From assembly GCA_963691875.1 (NCBI GenBank), contig OY829846.1, positions 608,001 through 672,000 of the forward strand: a DNA stretch of 64,000 nt. Direction: 5' to 3'. Both the position numbers and the translations under genes were made by a program. Positions 49,728 to 60,336 of the stretch are shown one piece after another. The notes beneath the pieces were generated by a model, which saw only the letters and a program-made list of their open reading frames with translations, did no database searches and was not told the origin of the DNA. The first letter of the stretch is position 1. Each line of letters begins with the position of its first letter. This stretch comes from Aureliella sp. GTDB taxonomy: Bacteria; Planctomycetota; Planctomycetia; Pirellulales; Pirellulaceae.

Positions 49728-51074
49728 CTAAGGATCAAAGCTGTCGTCAAACTTATTCTCGACTCCGCCTTCGCGACTCAACTTCACCGGTTGCGTGTTA
49801 CCTCGATCGTCGCGGATAAGGCAATTGGCAAAACGACTGCGACTTACATTCTTCAGCTGTAGTCCGACATCGCAATCCAAAACCGTCAGGCCGCTAACAT
49901 TCATGCGGTCACAATCAGTAAGCGACAAACCCGGGCCCGCTACCAAAGCAACGTGGAGCCCCGAGATTGTACAGTCTTTGCAGCTTCGAAGAACTAAACG
50001 ATTCAAGGCTTCTGCAGAATGACCATATGCATATCGTGGGTTCCTGTCAAAGCTATTCGGTCCGACCACGATATGCGAGCAGTTTTCGAGCAAGAGATTG
50101 TGCTGAAAACCCATCCAGCAAGTATTGCCTGTGATGGTAACGCCACGGCAAGAGTCAAGCCAAATATTGTGTTGTACATCGCTCAGGATATTTCCCGTGA
50201 TGGTGATATGGCCTTCTCGGATCTTCGGCAATTTCGCCGTTGGCTTGCTTTCGCCGTGAATGCGAATGTTTGCAGAGTTTGCTTCTTTGTCACTGTGTTG
50301 GATTGTGCAGCCCGTGATCGCCACTTCCGCGGTCCCATAGTTGCTGCCACGGCAGTCAATGAATACGTTCGCGGTTGGCTTCTCATCAGCCGACATGTTG
50401 CTTTCTAGGTCACATCCCGTGATGTGCAAGTTGCGAACATTTCCGGCACGTGAAACGATGCCTCCTTGGTCGCAATAACTGATGTGACAACCTGTGACGT
50501 TGATCTGATGCAGATTCACGTTATCCAAGAGCAGCCCAACGCCAGAATTCTCGTAAATATGGCATGCCTCAACGATGACATTGCGGTTGTTTTTTACCAA
50601 GTGGATTCCGTGCCGCAACTTGCGCAGGTGAACTCGGGAAACGGTTAATTGCATTGTCCCAATAGCTTCAATGCCATCAGCTTCTGGATGGGCGCCTTGT
50701 ATGGCTATATCGAGTACTTGTGGCATGCGTTGCCGATCCCACACCCTTTGCTCGAAGCCGCCCGGGTCAGCCGACTTAAAATGCGTCCCTTTGAAACGGA
50801 AGACTGGTCCAGCACCTTGCATCACGATCTTAGTTGCGGAACTGCCTCGCAAAGCACAATAACCAAGTTTATCTAAATCGATCTCGATCGATCTGGTGAT
50901 CAGATATGTACCTGGCGGGATTTCAATCAACTTAAGGCCCGAATCGACTTGACTTTGGAGAGAATTCGTCGCATCCCGCTTGCCGTTCGCGAAATCGATG
51001 AGGTCATCTGCAGCCACGGTATAGTGCGCGATCGTTAGACCAATGAAGAAGATTGCTGCTAAGAATCGATTCAT
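49728..51074 (-). CDS. Secreted right-handed parallel beta-helix protein
   Basis: Signal peptide, IPPGTY and repeated (I/V)TG(C/N) motifs. Confidence 0.85.
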   Translation of the reverse strand: MNRFLAAIFFIGLTIAHYTVAADDLIDFANGKRDATNSLQSQVDSGLKLIEIPPGTYLITRSIEIDLDKLGYCALRGSSATKIVMQGAGPVFRFKGTHFKSADPGGFEQRVWDRQRMPQVLDIAIQGAHPEADGIEAIGTMQLTVSRVHLRKLRHGIHLVKNNRNVIVEACHIYENSGVGLLLDNVNLHQINVTGCHISYCDQGGIVSRAGNVRNLHITGCDLESNMSADEKPTANVFIDCRGSNYGTAEVAITGCTIQHSDKEANSANIRIHGESKPTAKLPKIREGHITITGNILSDVQHNIWLDSCRGVTITGNTCWMGFQHNLLLENCSHIVVGPNSFDRNPRYAYGHSAEALNRLVLRSCKDCTISGLHVALVAGPGLSLTDCDRMNVSGLTVLDCDVGLQLKNVSRSRFANCLIRDDRGNTQPVKLSREGGVENKFDDSFDP

Positions 51075-51511
51075 TGTTTGTCCTCTGCTGGGGCAGTCTG
51101 ATTCTCAATTGGATTTGCGTGTTCCGGAGTGGCCTCTTGACTTGACGCGGCTGGGGCAGGCGGTGATCTTCGCCGCGGATCGGAGCTCGCGTTCATCAGA
51201 TCCGTCCCAAACATTAAAAACAAGGCAGAAGCAATAATGATGATTACTAGTCGTTCAATCAGCTTCATTGGTATTGCGGAAAGTGGAGCTAAAGCATCAC
51301 CTCCGACGACATTGGCCAGAATTAGGCTATAGGCGAGAAAGGAAACCATACACAGCATACCGCTCTGCGGGAGGAAAAACGCAAGTAATGCACAGACCTT
51401 GACGTTGATACTTGCGAACGCAAGCCATGCGAAGAAGCTAAGACCACGCTTGCCTTGGTGGTCTTCGACCGGATCATACGGATTCGGAACACGATTCGCC
51501 GCTCTTCTCAC
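51071..51511 (-). CDS. Small membrane protein, possibly the 3' remnant of a longer decayed gene
   Basis: NPY motif followed by hydrophobic helices. Its stop overlaps the start of the beta-helix gene. Confidence 0.5.
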   Translation of the reverse strand: MRRAANRVPNPYDPVEDHQGKRGLSFFAWLAFASINVKVCALLAFFLPQSGMLCMVSFLAYSLILANVVGGDALAPLSAIPMKLIERLVIIIIASALFLMFGTDLMNASSDPRRRSPPAPAASSQEATPEHANPIENQTAPAEDKQ

Positions 51512-52863
51512 TGCGATATCAATTTTCGTCGTAAGGTTGCTGCCGCCGATCGCTCGCCATTCAGCTTAACCCGAAGACCGTCGTCGTGGATGCGTTAACG
51601 GATTTCTTCCAGCCGTTTCGCCGGGATTTTTTAAGAGAGTGTCATTGCAAACTTTCTGTTTCCGGATCTTTCCTCCTCCTTCAAATGACCCGTTACTTGC
51701 CCTCAACCGTGATACGGTGTCAGACCTTACGCTGCCCCGAGCTAATCGAACTCATGCTTATTCAGACATTGCGGAGGCCGCGGAGCAACTAGTGTTGGTT
51801 GTGGTGGGACCGAGATAGCTTGTGCCGGAATTGAAGGAAAAACGATCGCTTCCTCTAGCGCCTCTAGCGCAGTAACTTGCATCCGCTTTTGGCAACTCGA
51901 ACACTTCATAATCTCACGATACACTCGGGCATCTCCAGTGTGGCGCAACAGCTATAATTGACTTTGACAAACGCAAAACTACAAGAAGAAGACTGAACCG
52001 CAGACGCAGGTACTCGTTCAGTTTTTTCGTCGCTTTCTAGCAGGAGCACTTATCATCTGAAGCCCATGTATCCAGATGTTTTACCTCTCTATCAGTTCCG
52101 ACATCACTTCAGTTAGCAGCATGGCTCTAAAGAATCCATGTCAACCACCCGAAGTTGGCTTGCGTTTTTCATTGAGATCGATCCAGGCAGGAATGACGAG
52201 CTTAATGCAAACACCAGAGCGGGCCTAAAGACTAAGTCCTTGGATGTGACCATCGAAGTGACAACGACTGATAATCATCCGCAGCTGCCAATCCCCGTCC
52301 AATACGTCAATTATGACTAAATCTTTCAAGAGTTTCGTCCACCTCGATGGTACAAGCCTAACTAATGACAACGTCACCTTGCCTAGGCAAGAGGCCCTGT
52401 CCTACTTCTTCGATCCAGAATTGCCAGTTCGCTTAGATGGCAAGGCGTTGCACCTTATGACGCTTGTCGAGACTCTCGAGATAAGGCTGCACAGCTCTGC
52501 TCTGATTAGCTCGCGCGGCTTGAGGAATCCGGGGTTTCAGCAACGATATGTGCTCACTTCATGTCAGCAAAGATTGTTCGCACAAATCTACAAGACAAAC
52601 TCTTGGGTTGGCAGGTGCTGGACGCTTTTACATTGACATCAGCGCGGCGGATGGTTTGTTGACGAAACTGCTTTCGAAAATGAGAAATTGAGGTTGATTG
52701 GAAACCATCCTTCTGTCGGCGAAAGCCGCGTCGACCTGTTGCCTGTTCTGACTCACTTGGATGGCAAATCTGAACATGATTTCTTTGGATTGATGGCACC
52801 AACGATTGGCGAGGGAATTCCGCACACATTGAATGTGGCTATCGAGCATTTGTTTTCAGAAAG

Positions 52864-53337
52864 CTAGTCGAACCACCATTCGACTACCTTGTAAGAATCC
52901 CACCAAAGGAGGTTCAGGGTTCCAGCGCAGAGTAGCATATAGAGCAATGTAAGTGCGAAACCAAGGAAGACTCGGCTATCGAGACGCATGCGTGCGGGAA
53001 AAAGGAAGCATAACGCCAGCCCTAGCGGAACGCATATCGGCCCAACCATCAAGACGATGCCAGGCAAATAGTAGAGGATCGTTAGCATCCCGCCGATGGA
53101 TTTGGGATCGTCGAGCATCGGCCGCGGACGGTGACCGAGCTCGTACCAAGCAAATAGCCAGACAGCATAGAACGAAAGGGCTAGCCACGCTGGATACAAA
53201 AACACAAGGAACCAGGCCGCGCGTTGGAAGCGAGCCGGGATGAGTTGTACACGTTCGTTGTTTTTCGCAACTTCCACTATTGAAGACGTCGCGATCGGAG
53301 TTTCGAACGGGTTTCGGCTTTCGGTCATGCTTTCCAA
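52864..53337 (-). CDS. Hypothetical membrane protein
   Basis: NPFETP N-terminus, three TM helices and GHRPRPMLDDPKSI. Confidence 0.7.
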   Translation of the reverse strand: MESMTESRNPFETPIATSSIVEVAKNNERVQLIPARFQRAAWFLVFLYPAWLALSFYAVWLFAWYELGHRPRPMLDDPKSIGGMLTILYYLPGIVLMVGPICVPLGLALCFLFPARMRLDSRVFLGFALTLLYMLLCAGTLNLLWWDSYKVVEWWFD

Positions 53338-53384
53338 CTGTTTGCAACAGACGTGAATTTTATGGCTTCGTCGTCCCGACGAAA

Positions 53385-55808
53385 TCAGGCGTGTAGCTCT
53401 TGCTCTTGGGCTTTGATATTTCGCTCCGCGTCACTTACTACACTTTTATGCAAGCTACGGCAGACATTAAGCAGTTCGAAAGATGCCTGCACCAGAGACT
53501 CAAGCTGCGTGTCTTCGCAGGCGAGATCGTAGACTTTCGTAGCTACAGCAGCTACTTCAGGCAGGTTAGATTGGTTCGCAGTCTGTCTTAGCCGATCTGC
53601 TAAAGCTACAAAGCTTTCATAATCACCTTGGTCTGCGGCGTCGGTGATCCGCTCAACTTGCTCGCTGATGCTGAGCAAAACCTCCTGTGAGATCTCTGTT
53701 GCTTCCGGTGCGGAAAACAGCGAGCCCTCCTGCACGACATCGCAAAACAGCTGGACCAAATCAGGATCGAATTGCGTTCCTGCACAGCGGCACAACTCAT
53801 TCAAAGCGTCTTGAATTGGCATACCGTTACGATAAGGTCGATCGGATACCATCGCATCGAACGAATCCGCGATGGTCAGGATCCTTGCTCCAATTGGAAT
53901 TTCTTCCCCGTGCAAACCACCTGTTCCTGTTCCATCGAACCGATTGTAATGACAGCGAACAATCTCGGTTAGCTCATCGTGCTTGAATGATTTGTTGATA
54001 ATCTCGATACCAAACCGATCATGTCGGTCCATGATCTTCCACTCCACTTCGTCGAGTCGCCCTGGCTTGAGAAGGATGGCATCCGGAACTCCAATCTTTC
54101 CGATGTCGTGCAAGAGTCCGGCTATCTCGATCACATAAACCTCTTTCGGTCCGAGCAATCGCTGAGCGAGTAGAGCCGCATAAGCCGCAACTCTCGTGGA
54201 GTGCGCACCAGTCTGTGCATCGCGATAGGACAACGCCGACAGTAACGCCGAAACCGCAGAGAATGGGATGGAATCACTGCTTTTGTTCTCTTCTGGCTTT
54301 ACACGAGAGATCTTTGATTCGTCGACGATTAAGTCGTCCGGTACCTTGTCAAAGCGAACGACTTGATCGCGACCTTTTCGCTTAGCAACATACAAACATT
54401 TATCCGCCTGATCGAGCAACGCTTGAGGATCTGATGCTCCTAGCTTGACTTCGGAAACACCAACACTTGCAGTGATAGTGAATCCAACAAAGTCGATCTT
54501 CGCCATGCTGCCACGAATTCTCTCTGCAGCTTCGCTCGCTTCATCCAGGGATAACCCGGGCATCAGAACACTGAACTCTTCACCACCATAGCGACAGACA
54601 ACGTCGTCATCGCGAGTCAGCTCATTGAGAAGCAGCCCGGTCGCTTGCAAGACGTCATCACCTTTGCTGTGACCATAGTTGTCGTTGATCGATTTGAAGA
54701 AATCGATGTCGACCATGAGTGCACACAGTGGTCGGCCGGATGTCTTCGATTCGTTGAACAGATTGTCAAACTGTTCGAAGAACGTTCGGCGATTGATACA
54801 ACTGGTCAAAGGATCTCGAGTTGCCAGGTGCCGTAGCTCTTCGTTTTGCTTTGTGATTTCATCTTTGGATTGATTCAGCTCGAATAGGGTGGTCGCTAGT
54901 TGCTCCCTTTTCTGCTCCAAAGGCGTCACGTCCGCTAGCGCTACCATCACGCCTTGGAATCGCCCTTCCTCATCCAGAATCGGTGACGAGTTCACAGAAA
55001 AAATCCTCCAACTGCCGTCAGAATGTTCGAGGCGAAGAGTGTGGCCATTGACAGCTTGTGTCGTGTTCGCAGTTATCTTCCAGGGCAGCGATAGTTCAGT
55101 ACTATCGGCAGTATGAGTCCATGGAAGCGTACGCATTGAGACACCAATCAGGTCATCCGGTGCCAGATCAAACAACCCGGCAAACGCATCGTTGACTAGC
55201 ACGACTTGCTCGTCGCGATCCAGCAACGCCACTCCTTCAGAGAAGCTGTCGAGTGTTTGACGCACTCGCGGGGGTACCGCCTTAGACGGGTCAATGTAGC
55301 GAAGTACGCGATATAGGAGTATCCATGCTACCAAGGCAACGATTGGGACCAGAATGGCAAGTAGGCTCGTGACCGTTGCGCTAAAGTATTTCTGCAGCCC
55401 GGTGTACACCGGTGCAAACTGCACTTCTAATCGTCCCCACAAAGCTGCTCCAGAAAGGATTGGAAGGACAAAACAACCGTCACTTTCCTTTTCCATTGCA
55501 TCGCGCCAGCTGAGCTCGTGTCCCCCTATTGCAGCAATAATCAGCTCGTCATCGCGTCGCAGGGCGGCCGAGATGAACTCTTTGTTCCGCTGCTTGAAGC
55601 TCTCCAGCTGAAGCTCGATCTGCTCGTACTCTGATCGCTCGACCAAGAAAGACATGCTCGTAGCAAGTGTTTCACACACTCGTACCCGCTGAGCGACTGC
55701 TGTTCCCCTCTCGTCGGGTACAAAGCCGAGCAGACTGGCAAATTGAACAGCAGCAATGCACACAGCCACAATCGTTAGATTGGTTCTGGTTACGCAGGAG
55801 AATTGCAT
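53385..55808 (-). CDS. Membrane sensor with PAS, GGDEF and HD-GYP-like domains
   Basis: Two TM helices, PAS, DPLT, DIDFFKSIND, RDDD-x5-GGEEF, LHDIGK, IADSFDAM and GTQFDP. Confidence 0.92.
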   Translation of the reverse strand: MQFSCVTRTNLTIVAVCIAAVQFASLLGFVPDERGTAVAQRVRVCETLATSMSFLVERSEYEQIELQLESFKQRNKEFISAALRRDDELIIAAIGGHELSWRDAMEKESDGCFVLPILSGAALWGRLEVQFAPVYTGLQKYFSATVTSLLAILVPIVALVAWILLYRVLRYIDPSKAVPPRVRQTLDSFSEGVALLDRDEQVVLVNDAFAGLFDLAPDDLIGVSMRTLPWTHTADSTELSLPWKITANTTQAVNGHTLRLEHSDGSWRIFSVNSSPILDEEGRFQGVMVALADVTPLEQKREQLATTLFELNQSKDEITKQNEELRHLATRDPLTSCINRRTFFEQFDNLFNESKTSGRPLCALMVDIDFFKSINDNYGHSKGDDVLQATGLLLNELTRDDDVVCRYGGEEFSVLMPGLSLDEASEAAERIRGSMAKIDFVGFTITASVGVSEVKLGASDPQALLDQADKCLYVAKRKGRDQVVRFDKVPDDLIVDESKISRVKPEENKSSDSIPFSAVSALLSALSYRDAQTGAHSTRVAAYAALLAQRLLGPKEVYVIEIAGLLHDIGKIGVPDAILLKPGRLDEVEWKIMDRHDRFGIEIINKSFKHDELTEIVRCHYNRFDGTGTGGLHGEEIPIGARILTIADSFDAMVSDRPYRNGMPIQDALNELCRCAGTQFDPDLVQLFCDVVQEGSLFSAPEATEISQEVLLSISEQVERITDAADQGDYESFVALADRLRQTANQSNLPEVAAVATKVYDLACEDTQLESLVQASFELLNVCRSLHKSVVSDAERNIKAQEQELHA

Positions 55809-57310
55809 AGGCAGAAGTTTCTATACCTGCACTGAAAATGAAGTTCCAGGGCAGTAGATTTTCATGGAATCGTGGGCATGAACGGTTCCTTAATCTGTAC
55901 ACCCAAGCCTAGCCCTTCATGCGGGGAGAGCAGGAATCGCTTCGCCATTGATCCAATTGAGGACTTGTCGTCGAAATGAGGAAATTGGGGATTCCAGTTC
56001 TGCGGATTATTCAGACGTGAGCTGGCGAGATAGCAACGGATGATCAGCGTTCGACGAAGATTGACTTGCTTGCAGAAACTGCGATCGAGACTTGAAGTCC
56101 GGAACTTTGGGATAATAAACCAGCACGAAGATTGGTTAATAAACTAGCCCAGGCCGGCAAAGAAGAATTAACTGGTGCGAGTGTCAATGAACCGCTGGCC
56201 AGCCATACAGCGGCCAGTGCGGTTGCTCCAACAAAAGCGCTCGTCGCGGTGCCAGAAATTGGTTTTTGCCTGGCCATGCTCTACGTGTAGTTCGGCTTGA
56301 TCGCATGTGTACGCTCACCACTCCAACTCAATAGCCGTTGTTTACTCATCCTGGTCGACATTGCGCACAAGTAGAGATTGGAGTTGTTGCGATCAATGAC
56401 GCTGGAAAAGCCTCGCTTACTATGCAAAGGGATTGCTTTTCGAATTCGCGCCGTTGCCAGTTGTCAACAGTGCTCCTTTCTCAATTGAGTCCTCCTCGAA
56501 GGCTACAACAGCAGTGCCAGCTACTCACACTCCCCAGCCTGCTTTAATGACTCATAGGCTACCAGCCCAACATGGAGCAGTCCGACCCGTTCGACCTTCC
56601 CTTAGTCATAATCGGAGTTGCTTTCCGCTTCGACAGTCTGTTGACAGTCGAGTGGAGAACCAGACGCATTGCCTTGATTTTCGGCAGACCTACACTTGCA
56701 AATTGCACTTCGATCTACCAGTGACACGGCCAGATATTGCAACACCATCCGTCAACGAATCTAAGAAGATCAGCCGCTGCTTCACGAACGAGGGGTCAAG
56801 ATAAAACCGCCATCTAATTGAAGTAAAAGTAATCCATCTGCCGGTGGCAGGTCGTTGGACAGCGGACTAACTCTACAGATTGCGATATTCAAGCTGAAGG
56901 GTAGCCGGTGTGCCTTCACATTGAGCCGAAACGCTTCTTCGTCCGCTTCGTAGTTATTGATTGATTTTGGCCAGCAGTCGTGTAACCCTGAGAAAGAGCT
57001 GATTAGCAGATTCAAAGAGCCCATCCGCAGCGGCGCAGAGCCCAACATTTGAAACCTTAGTTGTGCTTGGATTACGGGGCAGAATCTGACTCTGTTCAGA
57101 TCGCCCACGGCACGCAGGCCTTCCAGCAGCGGTGGGCCGACTGCGTCTAACAATCGGATTACGCCGCCCTTCCCAGCCGATGCGTTAAAAGCATCAAAAA
57201 GGGACCCGTGGCAGAATAAAGCGACAAGCCACTAAGCGTTGGATCTTCCAAGGCCTCTGAACGGGCTATCGGAATCTGAAATCGTTCCACAAATAATCAG
57301 CACACGTAGC

Positions 57311-58672
57311 CTAGCGTTTGCGTCGATAGAATTCCGCAAGTTGCTCAACTGGAACGCCAAACCAATACGCAACGATCATCCATTGATTGATCCAAGTCGT
57401 TCTCCAGAACCCGAGCTTTTGCCATCGCCGCGCCGACGTCTTGATGAATCCATCGCCCACCAAAACACGCCCCAATCGCTTCACTCGTTTCACGAATTCG
57501 TAATCCTCCATGATCGGCTGTTCAGGAAATCCACCAGCGACTTGGAACATTGGCTGCTTTACAAAGATACCTTGATCACCGTACGGCAACCCTTGCAAGC
57601 GACAGCGCAACCGAACTCCGAACTCAACCCATCTAGCAAGTCGCGCATCGGAGTCAATACGCAGGCTAAAGGCTCCAGCGACACATCCTTCCTGCGTAAG
57701 GAGAGCGCAAGCTTGATCATCAAATCCGTCAGGCAACTCACTATCGGCATGCAGGAAAAGCAAGTTCTCAGAACCTGCCTCAGCAGCTCCTCGGTTCATC
57801 TTTTCAGCTCGCGTTCCATCGAGAGTCAAAAAATGAGCACCTCGATCTCGACATGCAAGCAGCGTCTCAGACTGCACATCACTTCCGACAACCAGCTTCT
57901 CAGCGCCCTCCGCAGATCGAAGAGCAAACTCTAGACGCCGCTCAGCGCCGCGACACGGAACCACAACTGAGATTCGGTTCGCCTGCGCGCGGTCGTAATC
58001 CTTCGCCTGCTCCCAAATCCCCAAATCCTCCGGGAGGTCCACGTCGTGAAGTGCCGGTTGCAAACCAATCTTCGATACGCCCGCATTTAGGAGCTGTTTT
58101 ACGGTGGTTTCGAAAACGGAGTCAGTTCCCCAGTCGACCGTCTTGAACAGAGCCATGCATACTGCACCCCAGCCATGAGAATTTAGCCGGGGTAGATTCA
58201 AGCCAAGCAAGGCGTATCCACCATCGGCTGCTGGCACGAAACAAACGTCTTGATCTTGCAGCCGACGCAACATAAGCTTAGCGATACGCTCATCAATCTG
58301 CGGACAGTCGGTGCCAACAAACAGGAGTTTTACGAACCCCTGGTGCAATGCTTCTTCCGCGACTGCCATCAGCTTGTCACCAAGATCACCTTCCACCTGC
58401 GACTGACATCCCCACGATTCTTGAAGGCCGAAGGTTTTTCGAAACAGTTCAGGTGTTGCGCCACTGGTATGTACTGCAACGCGAACGGAGTTCTGCTTAT
58501 GCAGCTCCGCCGCCCACTGCAACGTCCGTTCTGTCATCTCGCGATGCAACGCGCTCGCTCCCTCTTCCCCAAGTGCAGGGATGAGACGTGTCTTACATTT
58601 CCCAGCCTCAGGATAACGCGCAAATACTGCGAGTTGGCTAGGGGAACTGTCGAGACTGAAGGAGGAGTTCAC
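57311..58672 (-). CDS. Fusion of a TIGR04282 (DUF2064)-like and a TIGR04283-like GT2 glycosyltransferase
   Basis: The N-half has FARYPEAGKCKTRL, GDLG, GTDCP, PAADGGY and DVDLPEDL. The C-half has LFLHADS, PYGDQG, PIMEDYE and TSARRW. Confidence 0.88.
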   Translation of the reverse strand: MNSSFSLDSSPSQLAVFARYPEAGKCKTRLIPALGEEGASALHREMTERTLQWAAELHKQNSVRVAVHTSGATPELFRKTFGLQESWGCQSQVEGDLGDKLMAVAEEALHQGFVKLLFVGTDCPQIDERIAKLMLRRLQDQDVCFVPAADGGYALLGLNLPRLNSHGWGAVCMALFKTVDWGTDSVFETTVKQLLNAGVSKIGLQPALHDVDLPEDLGIWEQAKDYDRAQANRISVVVPCRGAERRLEFALRSAEGAEKLVVGSDVQSETLLACRDRGAHFLTLDGTRAEKMNRGAAEAGSENLLFLHADSELPDGFDDQACALLTQEGCVAGAFSLRIDSDARLARWVEFGVRLRCRLQGLPYGDQGIFVKQPMFQVAGGFPEQPIMEDYEFVKRVKRLGRVLVGDGFIKTSARRWQKLGFWRTTWINQWMIVAYWFGVPVEQLAEFYRRKR

Positions 58673-58917
58673 AAGCTATATTGATTCTACGAGGCAGAAA
58701 GACGGCTCGATTATCGCATAGATCGGCTCGGTTGCTAGCCATGCGATTGGCAGGTCGACGCGAAGAGAGAGTCGGGAACCATTTCGCCTCCAATTGTTCA
58801 TGCCAGAGGCAGTCACTTTTGAATTGCTACCATATCATTCGACGAAGCCGTTAGAATAAAGAGTCCTTCCCCACCATTGCGCACTCCTTTCAGAGTCCCG
58901 CCTTAGGAGCAACACAG

Positions 58918-60336
58918 ATGACTTCTCTGCCATCACGCCGAAGGTTCCTCCAGCAAGCTGGCGGCGGGATGGGAAGCCTCGCCCTGCTCTCTCAACTTCT
59001 GAAACCTGGTGAAGCTTCATCACCTACACTTGCCGAAGGACATGAGGACTGGTTCTCACCACAACGCGCGAAAGTGAAGAGGATTATCTGGCTCTTCATG
59101 CACGGCGGACCAAGCCACATGGATCTGTTCGACCCCAAGCCATTGCTCAAAAAGCTCGACGGTAAGACTATTCCTGACAGCTTCGGCCCGGTTCGCACTC
59201 GGCGAGCCGTTGCACGCAATCCGCTACTCGGGCCACTGAAGCCTTTTCGCCCACGCGGAGAATCTGGTATTGAAGTGAGCGACTTCCTGCCTCAGATCGC
59301 AAAGCATGTAGATGATCTCTGCATAGTGCGCAGCATGCATGGTGACAGTGTGAATCATCCACAGTCGGTCTATCAAATGAACACTGGCAGCATTCTCATG
59401 GGACGCCCAAGCGTTGGAAGTTGGGTTGCCTTCGGCTTAGGCTCAGAGAACCAAGACTTGCCATCTTTTGTCGTCTTGCCCGATCCACGCGGTGGACTGA
59501 AGGGAGGACCACCAGCTTGGGGCAGCGGATTTCTCCCTGCAACCTTCCAGGGTGTTACAATGCGTTCAGGTAAACAGCCGATCCTGCATTTGAGACCGCC
59601 TGCGGGAATTAGTCCTGACCAACATCGTGAGTCATTAACTCTCACTCAGCGACTCAATGCAATGCACCTTGCTTCACGAGGCGGCAATGACGAGCTTGAG
59701 GCGCGAATCGCTGCTTATGAACTCGCTTTTCGAATGCAAAGTGCCGCACCAGAACTAGTCGACATCGACCAGGAAACGATGGCAACGCGGCAGCTCTATG
59801 GGCTTGAGGGAAAAGCAACACAAGAGTTCGGCACTCGTTGCTTGCTCGCACGGCGTTTGCTTGAGCGAGGGGTGCGATTCGTGCAAGTCTACTCTGGCGA
59901 CACCAACGGCTGGGATGCGCACAAGAATGTACTTACTAACCATACCGAGTACTGCCGCGCCACCGACGGCCCCATCTCAGGATTGCTAACGGATCTCAAG
60001 CAAAGGGGTCTGTGGGACGACACTCTAGTAATTTGGGGCGGCGAATTCGGAAGGATGCCGATGAGTGAGCAAGGGACCGGCAGAGACCACAACCCTTGGG
60101 GCTACTGTTGCTGGCTCGGCGGAGGCGGTGTTCGTGCTGGACATGTGCACGGAGCAACGGATGACATTGGATTACGCGCAGAGGTAGACAAAGTACATGT
60201 CAGCAATCTTCACGCAACTATTCTACATCTACTCGGTATTGACCCCAAAGCACTTTCCTATTTCCACAACGGGCTCGACGAGCGATTGATTGGGCCGACA
60301 GATGACGTCGATATTGTTCCGGAGCTGTTAGCATGA
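58918..60336 (+). CDS. DUF1501 domain protein (Tat signal)
   Basis: SRRRFL, LFMHGGPSHMDLFDPKP, WDAH and GEFGRMP..GRDHN motifs. Confidence 0.92.
   Translation: MTSLPSRRRFLQQAGGGMGSLALLSQLLKPGEASSPTLAEGHEDWFSPQRAKVKRIIWLFMHGGPSHMDLFDPKPLLKKLDGKTIPDSFGPVRTRRAVARNPLLGPLKPFRPRGESGIEVSDFLPQIAKHVDDLCIVRSMHGDSVNHPQSVYQMNTGSILMGRPSVGSWVAFGLGSENQDLPSFVVLPDPRGGLKGGPPAWGSGFLPATFQGVTMRSGKQPILHLRPPAGISPDQHRESLTLTQRLNAMHLASRGGNDELEARIAAYELAFRMQSAAPELVDIDQETMATRQLYGLEGKATQEFGTRCLLARRLLERGVRFVQVYSGDTNGWDAHKNVLTNHTEYCRATDGPISGLLTDLKQRGLWDDTLVIWGGEFGRMPMSEQGTGRDHNPWGYCCWLGGGGVRAGHVHGATDDIGLRAEVDKVHVSNLHATILHLLGIDPKALSYFHNGLDERLIGPTDDVDIVPELLA

Noticed and set aside
57239..57934. 231-aa plus-strand ORF and similar long antisense ORFs (e.g. 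24827-25453, 21045-21617, 36820-37356)
   Set aside because: They are shadows of well-supported genes on the opposite strand and have no recognisable motifs.
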